From NCBI GenBank assembly GCA_963739685.1, contig CAVUAX010000002.1, forward strand, positions 427,062-491,061: a DNA stretch of 64,000 bases, given 5' to 3'. The notes beneath the pieces are model-generated. The model made no database searches. It saw only the letters and a list, made by a program, of their open reading frames with translations, and was not told where the DNA came from. This DNA comes from an uncultured Bacteroidales bacterium (GTDB taxonomy: Bacteria; Bacteroidota; Bacteroidia; Bacteroidales; VadinHA17). Below, piece by piece: positions 11,705 to 20,708 of this stretch. The position numbers were made by a program, and so were the translations under genes. Position 1 is the first letter of the stretch. Each line of letters opens with the position of its first letter.

Positions 11705-13495
11705 TTATGGTATGGTTTCAAGTGGTGGAACGTTCTGCTGTGCACCTTCATATCCGATATTCTGATTGATTCTTGCCAATGTATTTGCTGTGATAACCTT
11801 CTGAGATATCGGCCACAACATATTATAGGGTGACATATGTGCTTCAATACCATAATAAGAATACAAAGGGGGATGATAAAAAGGATTAACCCGCATTATT
11901 CTGTCGTAATACCAGTTTTTATCTGAAATATTATCAAGACTATATCCATCTTTGTTAAGTTTTCCAAAGATGAATGAGACCCTGACCATTTCGGAATGTC
12001 GTGGTTCCTCAGTATATAATTCACGTGCTCGTTCATCAAATATATAATCAATAGTAACATCTCCCGGGGTAATCAGAGGAGCATTGGCACGCTGCCTGAC
12101 CTTATTTATATCATCAGCCGCAAGATCTGGTTGCCCTTTCCAGAAATATGCTTCTGCTCTTAAAAGGTAAGTTTCAGCGAGACGGAAAATATACCAGTCA
12201 CCCTGCCCGCCTCTTGGCAGATAATAGTTAGGTGTCGGGGTCCAGGTTTTGTAGATGGGCCACGGATACCAGGTATCTACTGTATCAAGCAGAGTCCCGT
12301 AATATAGTTTACTAAGTGGCTGACCATAAGTTGATGAACCTTCCCTGAGGGTAATTATTTCGGAGGTGAATTTTCCCATTTCGACCCAGTTAGTTCCGGC
12401 TCTCCTCATATCGGGTGTAGTCTCCCACGTATAAGTTGCATCTTCCCAAATCCGGTAGTGCCAGAAATCGTTCGTCCTTACATACCCATTTCCATTTCCC
12501 AAAGAATCACCTGCTGTACTGTTCCAGTTAGTTGCCCGCTGACCATCACCATCTTTAACCTTCCAATACGAAGGACAATAAAGCCACATTGAAAAAGTAC
12601 CCGGATTGCTCCACCATGTGTCCGGAGATGCATCAGCACGATCAACCGTAGCATAAATAGTCTCGGTGTTTGCTGCACTATTTTTATTTTCACAGCGACT
12701 CAGATCCCATATAACATTATGCCATGATTTTAGCTTATCGCTGCCAAACCGATCTGTCATCAATGCGTACGGTCCGTTAATTATTTCAGTAGTTGCAGCT
12801 ATTGCTTTATCGAACTCACAATTGGCAAGATATACTTTGGCCAGCAGGTGGTTAGCCGCACCTTTTGTAACATTACCAAGTTTTGCAGCAAGAACAGGAA
12901 GGTTTTCAACCGCAAATTCAAGGTCTTTTTCGAGCTGGCCCAGGATTGCCCATCTTGAAGTTGTTTTATAATCAAGTTTAGCACCTGTTTCTTCCATTCC
13001 CTCCCAGGGAACATCCCCGTAGGTATTAACCAACCGATAATACCAGTAGGCACGGAACCAGTAAGCCTCTGACAATATCCGGTTTCTGACACTCTGGTCA
13101 GCCCATTGTATATTGTCTATTCTGGTAATTATAGTATTCGCATTTTTAATATATCCATATTCGTTAGTAAAAGTATTAATTAAACTATATTGAATGGACT
13201 GCCCGGTAGGGAGAAAGCTACTTGGCGAAAGTACTCTGAAATCAGCATCACGAAGTGGAACAGCCAGGTCAGAAGCCATGTGATCAAGACTGGTCGGGTT
13301 CAGGTCACCATGGTTTTCAGCATTTATTTCTTTCCTGCATCTTGTCAATCCTGATTCAAAACCTGCTTCATCGACAAAAACATTTTCAGGAGCATAGATA
13401 GAAAGAGGATCAGGTTTTAACCAATCTTTTGAGCATGAAATGAGGATTAGCAGAAATATGGTTAAAATCAGTGGAATTATCTTTATTCGTTTCAT
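11705..13495 (-). CDS. SusD/RagB-family nutrient-binding outer-membrane lipoprotein
   Basis: The long ORF is 11705-13549. The likely start is MKRIKIIPLILTIFLLILISCSKD (ATG at 13495), giving a lipobox and removing the overlap with the SusC stop at 13527. It lies immediately downstream of the SusC gene. Confidence 0.9.
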   Translation of the reverse strand: MKRIKIIPLILTIFLLILISCSKDWLKPDPLSIYAPENVFVDEAGFESGLTRCRKEINAENHGDLNPTSLDHMASDLAVPLRDADFRVLSPSSFLPTGQSIQYSLINTFTNEYGYIKNANTIITRIDNIQWADQSVRNRILSEAYWFRAYWYYRLVNTYGDVPWEGMEETGAKLDYKTTSRWAILGQLEKDLEFAVENLPVLAAKLGNVTKGAANHLLAKVYLANCEFDKAIAATTEIINGPYALMTDRFGSDKLKSWHNVIWDLSRCENKNSAANTETIYATVDRADASPDTWWSNPGTFSMWLYCPSYWKVKDGDGQRATNWNSTAGDSLGNGNGYVRTNDFWHYRIWEDATYTWETTPDMRRAGTNWVEMGKFTSEIITLREGSSTYGQPLSKLYYGTLLDTVDTWYPWPIYKTWTPTPNYYLPRGGQGDWYIFRLAETYLLRAEAYFWKGQPDLAADDINKVRQRANAPLITPGDVTIDYIFDERARELYTEEPRHSEMVRVSFIFGKLNKDGYSLDNISDKNWYYDRIMRVNPFYHPPLYSYYGIEAHMSPYNMLWPISQKVITANTLARINQNIGYEGAQQNVPPLETIP

Positions 13496-13526
13496 AATAT
13501 TATTTTTTAAAGTTCCCATTTTACTT

Positions 13527-16500
13527 TTATAATGAAAAATTAAGCCCAAAAGTATAGGTCCTTGGCATTGGATTCATCCCGGACTCAGGGTCCCAGCCCG
13601 GCCACTTGGTAAATGTGGCAAAATTCCTGATTGAGCCAAAAATCTGCAGACTATTAAGCTTTATTTTCTGGGTCACAACAGAAGGCAGATTATATGTCAG
13701 TGATACATCCTGAATTCTTAAAAATGACTGAGGTTTGTATATCATTATCCCACCTCCATAAACTCCGTAAGAAGTGGGATTAAGTCGCGGATACTCATTG
13801 TTTGGATTTTGAGCTGTCCAGTAGGGTAACGGTCCGGTACTTTTGTTAGCCCGGTCATAAACGCCATAACCTGAATTCATTGCATCTCTAAAACTTCCTA
13901 TCTGACCCAGATCGGCACGAAGAAAAACTGATGCAGTGAAGTTCTTCAGAAAAGTGAAATCATTTCTTAGGCCGAGACGATATTGCGGCACATCGTGGCC
14001 GATAAACTGTTTGTCGTTTAAATCAATGTATTTATAATCTCCGTCTACATCAACAACCTTAAAATCACCTGGTTTCAAACCAAACTTAGCAGCTTCTGTG
14101 GCTTCTTCTGTCTGCCAGATCCCTATAACTTTATAATCCCATACAATATCAATAGCCTGACCCGGGAACCATCCGTTTGAAAAATCCGGAACTTCTCCTG
14201 TCTGTGATTTTCCCAATAAAGTATAGGAATTGACATCACCAAATAACTTATTGATTTTATTCCTGTTAAGTGAGAATACCAGGCTTGATTTCCATGTAAA
14301 AGCAGGCTGGCTGTAATTTATTGTATTTAAAGTCATCTCAAAGCCCGAATTGCCCAATTCACCAAGGTTTGCCATAATGTTAGAGAATCCGGTAATCGCT
14401 GGAATAATTCGATTCATCAACAGGTTGGTGGTTTTCATATTATAGACATCCGCTGTAAGGTCAATCCTGTATTTCAATAATGAAATATCCAATCCTAAAT
14501 TAAAAGATTCTGTTCTTTCCCATTTAAGCCCATAATTTGCCAGGGTTGAAGTATTAACACCTACACGGGTATTTGTACCATCAAACCATAAACTTGACAC
14601 CATACTTGCCAATGCTGAATAAATACCAATATCCCTGTTACCATTAGCTCCCCATGATAATCTTAATTTCAGACGGTCAATCAAATTAACCTTGAAAAAA
14701 CTTTCATCCGATACTACCCATGCAAAGGCAAAGGCTGGAAAGGTTGCCCTTGGATTTTCACTCCCAAAAGCAGAGTAACCATCCCTTCTGACAGATGCAG
14801 TTAAAAGATATCTGCCCATTAATGTATAATTTAACCTGGCCATCAAAGCGTCACCCGTGCTCCTTGTATCGTTATTTGTTATAGAGGGACTGTCACCAAA
14901 TTGCAAAGCATGAAATGACAGATTCTGATTGGGCGCAAAGTTCTTATTAGTCATGTCAGAGAACCAGGATTTATTCTCTTCAATATTTGCCAGAAGTGTT
15001 AAATCAAAACTGTGTATCCCTATCTCTTTTTTCCAGGTCAGCAAGTTATCAACCATCCAGCTAAAATTCGAAGATTCATCTCTTCTGCCAGAAGGGATTT
15101 CATTGGCTAAACCTCCAAGCTTATCACTGATTGTTATAAAACTCAGATATTTTCTTGCCTGGTAGCGAGGCTGAAATGACACTTTGAAGTTAAATCCAAA
15201 AGGAAGTTTTATATTTGTATACATATTGGTAAACAAGCTGTTTGTCTTGTTCAGCAAATCCGTACGGTAATAAGCCAGTAACGGGTTATCAGTATATTGT
15301 CCGTTAGGAAGTCTCACCAAATTACCCTCTGCGTCAAACATTTCTCCATAAGGATCAATCTCATAAAAGCCGGTTGTTGAGGCAGGTACCGAACCTTCAT
15401 TCCTGTCAGAAAACTGAGTATTCAGGCCAACATTCAGCCAATCATTAACTTTATAATCTGCATTAAGTCTTGAACGGATACTCGAAAACTGATCGCCAAC
15501 CCTGATCCCTTCATTCTTATTATATCCAATAGACCAATAATAGGTTGTATTATTTGTTCCGCCGGAAATACTCAAGTCATAGTCCTGCTGAAACCCTTTT
15601 CTAAATACATAATCATAAGGGTCTATTGTTTTACCTGCAACATAATTTTCCTTTTCTATGCTGGTAAACTGCAGGCGAGACATCCATTCCTGTGTGTTAT
15701 CGGCAAGGGGAGCAGCACTTAAATCACGCCACTGGTCAATGGTCATACTACCCGGTAGCTTACCCGGATTTGTATAATAATCATAATCTGTAGTAGGGAA
15801 AGCCTGCCTGAAATAATCTGCTCTGAAATTAATAAACGCTTCAGGACCTAATCCCTTTCTTACATTGTTACTCTCGGTCATCCCCAGTTTAGTTGAAAAA
15901 TTAATGACGGGTTTACCAAGCTTTCCTTTTATTGTGGTAATAAGAACCACACCGGAAGCTGCCTTGGCACCATAAACAGCTGCAGAGCTTGCATCTTTCA
16001 AAATATCAACCGATTGTATGTCATTGGGATTTATGTCCCTGAGGCTGCCATTAAATATCACACCATCAAGTACTATCAAAGGATCAGTAGCGGCTGACAG
16101 TGACTTGGGTCCCCTGATTTCCAAAGAGGCGCCACCGGCCGCAGAAGTACCCTGATCTGAGTTAAATCCCGCTATAGTACCTGCAAGCATCTCAGACATC
16201 TGCACCATAGGTTTTGTTTTAAAATCTTCCGCCCTGACGCTCACAACCGATCCTGTTAAATCGCTTTTCTTTGCTGTACCGTAACCGATAACCACAACCT
16301 CCTCTAATCTTAATACATCTGTTTCAAGTGCAAGGTTTATTACCCTCTGTGTTCCCACAACAATTTCTTTTGGTACATATCCGATAAATGAAAATAAAAG
16401 TGAATTATTTTCATTCGGAACAGAAATAGAATAATCACCATTAACGTCAGTTAATGTCCCAATGACACTACCTTTCACGGTTACAGTTACCCCGGTTAAA

Positions 16501-16631
16501 GGTTCATTGTTCTGAGCATCAGTCACCTTTCCCTTTACACTTATTTGTGCAAAGGTACTCAGGGGAATAATGAACCATAAACAAAACAGGATTATACACC
16601 TGATCCTGCGCTTTAATTGAGTTTTTTCCAT
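13527..16631 (-). CDS. SusC-type TonB-dependent receptor (carboxypeptidase-regulatory-like domain, plug, barrel)
   Basis: 1034 aa. The N-terminus reads ISVKGKVTDAQNNEPLTGVTVTVKGS...GDYSISV. The plug carries IVLDGVIF...DIQSVDILKDASSAAVYG. The C-terminus ends ...TYTFGLNFSL. Confidence 0.92.
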   Translation of the reverse strand: MEKTQLKRRIRCIILFCLWFIIPLSTFAQISVKGKVTDAQNNEPLTGVTVTVKGSVIGTLTDVNGDYSISVPNENNSLLFSFIGYVPKEIVVGTQRVINLALETDVLRLEEVVVIGYGTAKKSDLTGSVVSVRAEDFKTKPMVQMSEMLAGTIAGFNSDQGTSAAGGASLEIRGPKSLSAATDPLIVLDGVIFNGSLRDINPNDIQSVDILKDASSAAVYGAKAASGVVLITTIKGKLGKPVINFSTKLGMTESNNVRKGLGPEAFINFRADYFRQAFPTTDYDYYTNPGKLPGSMTIDQWRDLSAAPLADNTQEWMSRLQFTSIEKENYVAGKTIDPYDYVFRKGFQQDYDLSISGGTNNTTYYWSIGYNKNEGIRVGDQFSSIRSRLNADYKVNDWLNVGLNTQFSDRNEGSVPASTTGFYEIDPYGEMFDAEGNLVRLPNGQYTDNPLLAYYRTDLLNKTNSLFTNMYTNIKLPFGFNFKVSFQPRYQARKYLSFITISDKLGGLANEIPSGRRDESSNFSWMVDNLLTWKKEIGIHSFDLTLLANIEENKSWFSDMTNKNFAPNQNLSFHALQFGDSPSITNNDTRSTGDALMARLNYTLMGRYLLTASVRRDGYSAFGSENPRATFPAFAFAWVVSDESFFKVNLIDRLKLRLSWGANGNRDIGIYSALASMVSSLWFDGTNTRVGVNTSTLANYGLKWERTESFNLGLDISLLKYRIDLTADVYNMKTTNLLMNRIIPAITGFSNIMANLGELGNSGFEMTLNTINYSQPAFTWKSSLVFSLNRNKINKLFGDVNSYTLLGKSQTGEVPDFSNGWFPGQAIDIVWDYKVIGIWQTEEATEAAKFGLKPGDFKVVDVDGDYKYIDLNDKQFIGHDVPQYRLGLRNDFTFLKNFTASVFLRADLGQIGSFRDAMNSGYGVYDRANKSTGPLPYWTAQNPNNEYPRLNPTSYGVYGGGIMIYKPQSFLRIQDVSLTYNLPSVVTQKIKLNSLQIFGSIRNFATFTKWPGWDPESGMNPMPRTYTFGLNFSL

Positions 16632-17066
16632 GATGAAAATTTTAGGTTAGTACATCCATATAATTAACAAGCATTAAAATTATAAAGAATAAAAATATAA
16701 AAAATAATTATATTGATGTGCAAGTAAATTCTATAATTGTGAACTTCCATCATGAAGCACAATCATATCACCTTTTAATAGATATGTTGATCAAAGGATT
16801 TTTATTATTTACATTCAGGTTACTTTGCAATGAGATTGGATTTCCGTCCAACTACACTCAGGAAGTGGAAAAGATCATGATGAATATATTCACAGGAAAC
16901 AACTCTTATACAGGCAATAATTTTCTCAGTTAAAAAACAGGCCATAGATTTCCTGTATACTATGGTTAAACCTGATCATACCACACTAATCAGCTTGAAC
17001 CGTTCGTTGTCTTTTGATGCCATTTTCGAGAAAATACAATAATATGGTCACTAATAAAAGTAAAAA

Positions 17067-18623
17067 TCAGGTGTACCACTTCCTGTCGCGTTTCAGATCT
17101 GAATTCAGTATATTATATGCAATATTTGCATTTTCAACTATCTGAAAGTCAAACATCCCGACACAGGCAAAATCAGCTCCGCTGGCAAAGGCGTGTCGGA
17201 AACCCTCTTCGGGTTTAATTGCTCCGGCGGCCAGTACCTTATATGCTATCCAGGGTGTTTTATTGGTCTTAAAGAAGTCGGTTACATCCTTGTCTGACAT
17301 ACACCAGATATTATCATGTGCCATGTTATGATCCTGCCCCTGCTCCGGGAGTTCTGTGTTATTAGGATCCAAAGGTGTTGCCGACCAGTAATCGGTACTA
17401 TGGAAGGTCTTCATGAAAAAATCTGCTTTTATCCCGTTTTCCACACAAGCCATTGGTACCTTTATGGAGTGACCGGCTGTCCCTCCTATCAATCCCTGGC
17501 TCTGGATAAGTTCAATGGGTTTTATCAATTCTTCGATCTTATTGTTATAAACGATCTGATCGGCGATATTTCCCATAACAAATGCACCGATTGCGCCATG
17601 ATCGATTGCCAGCTGGACATTTGACAGGTCTTCACCTTTAGGATAGGTTTGCGCCAGCCACTTTACTTTTCCTCCGCGATTCCAGTATTTTTCCAGGATT
17701 CTTATAGTATTTTCGTCACACCTGAAAATAGCAGTGTTGATCCCGCAGGCTTCACATAGCCATAATGTTTCAATCACCTTTTCATCGGTAAAGTATTGTT
17801 TCAGCCAGGTAGAGACATAAATCAGGTCCCGTGAATGGGCAAATCCGCTGATAAGGTTACCACCTACCATTATCCGGCTCAATGTAACATCCTTTATTTT
17901 ACCTGAAGGTACCTGCCCTTTTAATTCGCTTATTGAGTAGTTTTTTCCAAGTAATAGAGAAGCGCTGCTGACTGCATCTGTCTTGGCAGCCAGGTTACCT
18001 TCCTCAAAACTGAACCATCCTCTTTTCCTGGCCATCCCGAAAAAAACAGCTCCAAAGAGCGGAAGAACTGCAAGATTTTTTATTAACTCCCGTCTGGAAT
18101 TATCAGTTGTCTCTAAAATTGCATGGTTATCACTTGCCGGAAATTTCTGTTCTTTTCTTTTAGCATGATAGTAAGCAATATATCTCTGGACACTCCAGAG
18201 ATAATCTCCGGGTAATGATGAAATAACTATCAGGACAACTGCTTCAATAAGGTTATAGTTGATAATGTAAAAATGGCTTGTTGCCGGCATTGAGGAATAA
18301 ACAAACGGAGGATTGGCAATATAATAGAGTAAAAGCAATAAGGCTCCGGATATACTGGCAGCACGGGTGAACATCCCTATAAATAAAAACGTACCAATAA
18401 GTATTAATCCCCATATATTTAAAAAATCAACAATCTGAAGTGTGGTGGTATTGCCGATCAGCCAGTGAAAAAATCCGGAAAAGAGCCATTTGGACTCCAT
18501 AAGATAGGATGTTGCCGACCATGCCGGATTAAATAATTTGGAGATACCTTCGAAAAGGAAATGCCATCCCACAATTATCCTCAGAAAGGTTAAAAGCCAC
18601 ACCAGAGTTTTATTTTTTCCCAT
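17067..18623 (-). CDS. DoxX-family membrane domain fused to an uncharacterised soluble, possibly TIM-barrel-like, C-terminal domain
   Basis: The ORF is 17067-18776. The likely start is MGKNKTLVWLLTFLRIIVGWHFLFEGISKL (DoxX signature, ATG at 18623). Several TM helices follow, then about 330 aa ending ...KVLAAGAIKPEEGFRHAFASGADFACVGMFDFQI (resembles a beta7/beta8 phosphate-binding region). Confidence 0.6.
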   Translation of the reverse strand: MGKNKTLVWLLTFLRIIVGWHFLFEGISKLFNPAWSATSYLMESKWLFSGFFHWLIGNTTTLQIVDFLNIWGLILIGTFLFIGMFTRAASISGALLLLLYYIANPPFVYSSMPATSHFYIINYNLIEAVVLIVISSLPGDYLWSVQRYIAYYHAKRKEQKFPASDNHAILETTDNSRRELIKNLAVLPLFGAVFFGMARKRGWFSFEEGNLAAKTDAVSSASLLLGKNYSISELKGQVPSGKIKDVTLSRIMVGGNLISGFAHSRDLIYVSTWLKQYFTDEKVIETLWLCEACGINTAIFRCDENTIRILEKYWNRGGKVKWLAQTYPKGEDLSNVQLAIDHGAIGAFVMGNIADQIVYNNKIEELIKPIELIQSQGLIGGTAGHSIKVPMACVENGIKADFFMKTFHSTDYWSATPLDPNNTELPEQGQDHNMAHDNIWCMSDKDVTDFFKTNKTPWIAYKVLAAGAIKPEEGFRHAFASGADFACVGMFDFQIVENANIAYNILNSDLKRDRKWYT

Positions 18624-18793
18624 TTTCTGTTTTTTTATTAAAAAGTTAAACGAAGTAAAAAAATATTTATTTCCGATGATAAATTTAACTACAAATCTAA
18701 CAATTTTTGGAAAAGTTGTAAAAAACATAAAAACAAAGTCATTTTTGAACTTTATTAAAGAGAATAATTTTTTCAAGCACTATTGATAAAAAA

Positions 18794-18826
18794 CATAAGT
18801 GGACAAAAATATCCTGTCCACTTATG
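18794..18826 (-). terminator. Rho-independent terminator after the second SusD gene
   Basis: Perfect 12-bp inverted repeat cataagtggaca / tgtccacttatg with a 9-nt loop. On the minus strand it is followed by a U-run (plus-strand A-run 18788-18793). Confidence 0.7.
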
Positions 18827-18894
18827 ATAAAATATTAATTTACAGTAATCTTATTATAATAAATTTAAATTTTCAGAGATAACTAATCCATCAA

Positions 18895-20616
18895 TTACTG
18901 TGAATAACCCGGGTTTTGTTCCATTACAGCATCAATATTTAAATCAATCACAGTCTGAGGAATTGGGAAGAGTATGTTATAATCCTGAATATTACAAGCC
19001 GGATATACCGGATTATTGCAGTACAACCTTACTCTTTCAAGTAGTTTACCAACGCGCCGTAAGGTAATGTGTCTCCACTCCTCACCATATACTTCTCTAG
19101 CCCTTTCGTCCAGAATATAATCAATATCTACATTGGCACTAGCAACCGGTGTCGCATTGGCTCTTGTTCTGAGAGCATTTATGTCTGCTGCAGCGGCGGT
19201 TTTGTTTCCAAGCCCAACATAAGCTTCAGCACGAAGGAGATATGTTTCTGCAAGACGCATTGCATAAATATCTTTATGCACATAGCCGCCACCAGACCTG
19301 CTGGGATCATCAAAATGATGCAAAGGATCTGCAAATTTCAGAATATAGGGGAAAATATACTGGCAGGTATCCAGAAGCGAATTTCTGCTACCAGGAGGAT
19401 ATTTACTGAAATCAATCTTTTGTTTATCATATGCCGAGCCCGGAGAGTCATAATAGAAATCTCTTTTAATGTTATGCTTCGCATTCCTGATGTCATTATT
19501 CCAATCGCTTCTCCATATATTATAAGACATATAATTGGAAGGTCGCATATATGCAACCGGACGACCCAGTGAATCAGAATAACCTGTATATTTCCCACTT
19601 ACAAACTCGCCCCTGAATGCTATTTTACCATCAGGTGTATTCCCTATTCTGAAATAGGCAGGACCAAAACCTCTTTCACCTGCGAATTTTATTCCTCCAT
19701 TAACAAGAGGTTCAAACTGGATTACCCAGAGCGCTTCCCGGTTTTCCGGCAGGTTTTGGTTCCCATATGCGAAAAGATCCAGGAAGACATCTCCTGACCC
19801 GAATACATCGACAGTTGATCCGAAACGCGATGTCATAAGATGATAGTAACCACCATCAATTACATCTGATGCGGCATCCACAGCCTGCTGGTATTTAGAC
19901 TGGCTAAGATAAACCTCAGTTAATAACGTCAATGCGGCGCCCTGGGTTATTCTGCCAGGACTCTCCTCTTTGCCCGGTTCAGGCAGGTTTGCGGCGGAAA
20001 AAATAAGATCGGCTTCCATCAGTTTATAAATATCAGCTTTTGGAGCCCTTACAAAATCAGTTTTAGCACTCTTTACCACATAATCTACCAGAGGAACATC
20101 CCCAAATAACATTACCAGTGTCCTGTAGGCCCATGCCCTGAAAAACATAGCCTCCGCCAGATATTCATTTTTCTTTGTTTCGCTGGGAAATACATTCTCC
20201 TGAGCTGAGTTAATAGACTCAATAAGTACATTAGCTCTCTGTATCATCTGATAAGGTCTTTGCCAGAAAAAGGGTACGAACTCATCAAAACTTGGTGTCA
20301 TTTCAGATTGATAATTGACAAGTTTTCTGTTTCCACCGGGATTCTCACCGTGAAAAGCAAGATCAGTAGCAACTCCGCCATTCATAATGGCAAAACAATC
20401 CTGCCTGGTTTGTTCGTCATAGAAACTATTTCTCATAAACCAGTGTAATCCTGTTATTCCTTGCTGGATCCCTGCAAAACTGGTATAAGCGTTCTCGGGA
20501 GCAAGGAAATCCATCGGAACCTCCTTAAGAACATCCTTCTGGCAGGAGGAACATATCAATACCATAACTGCGAGTATTGAGTACTTTTTTCTGATTATAT
20601 ATAAATATTTATTCAT
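18895..20616 (-). CDS. SusD/RagB-family lipoprotein
   Basis: The ORF is 18895-20640. The likely start is MNKYLYIIRKKYSILAVMVLICSSCQ (lipobox). It has the typical ...RLAETYLLRAEAY... SusD helix and lies downstream of a SusC gene. Confidence 0.9.
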   Translation of the reverse strand: MNKYLYIIRKKYSILAVMVLICSSCQKDVLKEVPMDFLAPENAYTSFAGIQQGITGLHWFMRNSFYDEQTRQDCFAIMNGGVATDLAFHGENPGGNRKLVNYQSEMTPSFDEFVPFFWQRPYQMIQRANVLIESINSAQENVFPSETKKNEYLAEAMFFRAWAYRTLVMLFGDVPLVDYVVKSAKTDFVRAPKADIYKLMEADLIFSAANLPEPGKEESPGRITQGAALTLLTEVYLSQSKYQQAVDAASDVIDGGYYHLMTSRFGSTVDVFGSGDVFLDLFAYGNQNLPENREALWVIQFEPLVNGGIKFAGERGFGPAYFRIGNTPDGKIAFRGEFVSGKYTGYSDSLGRPVAYMRPSNYMSYNIWRSDWNNDIRNAKHNIKRDFYYDSPGSAYDKQKIDFSKYPPGSRNSLLDTCQYIFPYILKFADPLHHFDDPSRSGGGYVHKDIYAMRLAETYLLRAEAYVGLGNKTAAAADINALRTRANATPVASANVDIDYILDERAREVYGEEWRHITLRRVGKLLERVRLYCNNPVYPACNIQDYNILFPIPQTVIDLNIDAVMEQNPGYSQ

Positions 20617-20708
20617 CTCTTTAAAATTTTTAAGTTCCATAATTATTCAACCTTTTAATATTGATTAATCAAATCATAAGGTGATCCTTAATCCTGCAGT
20701 AATATTTC

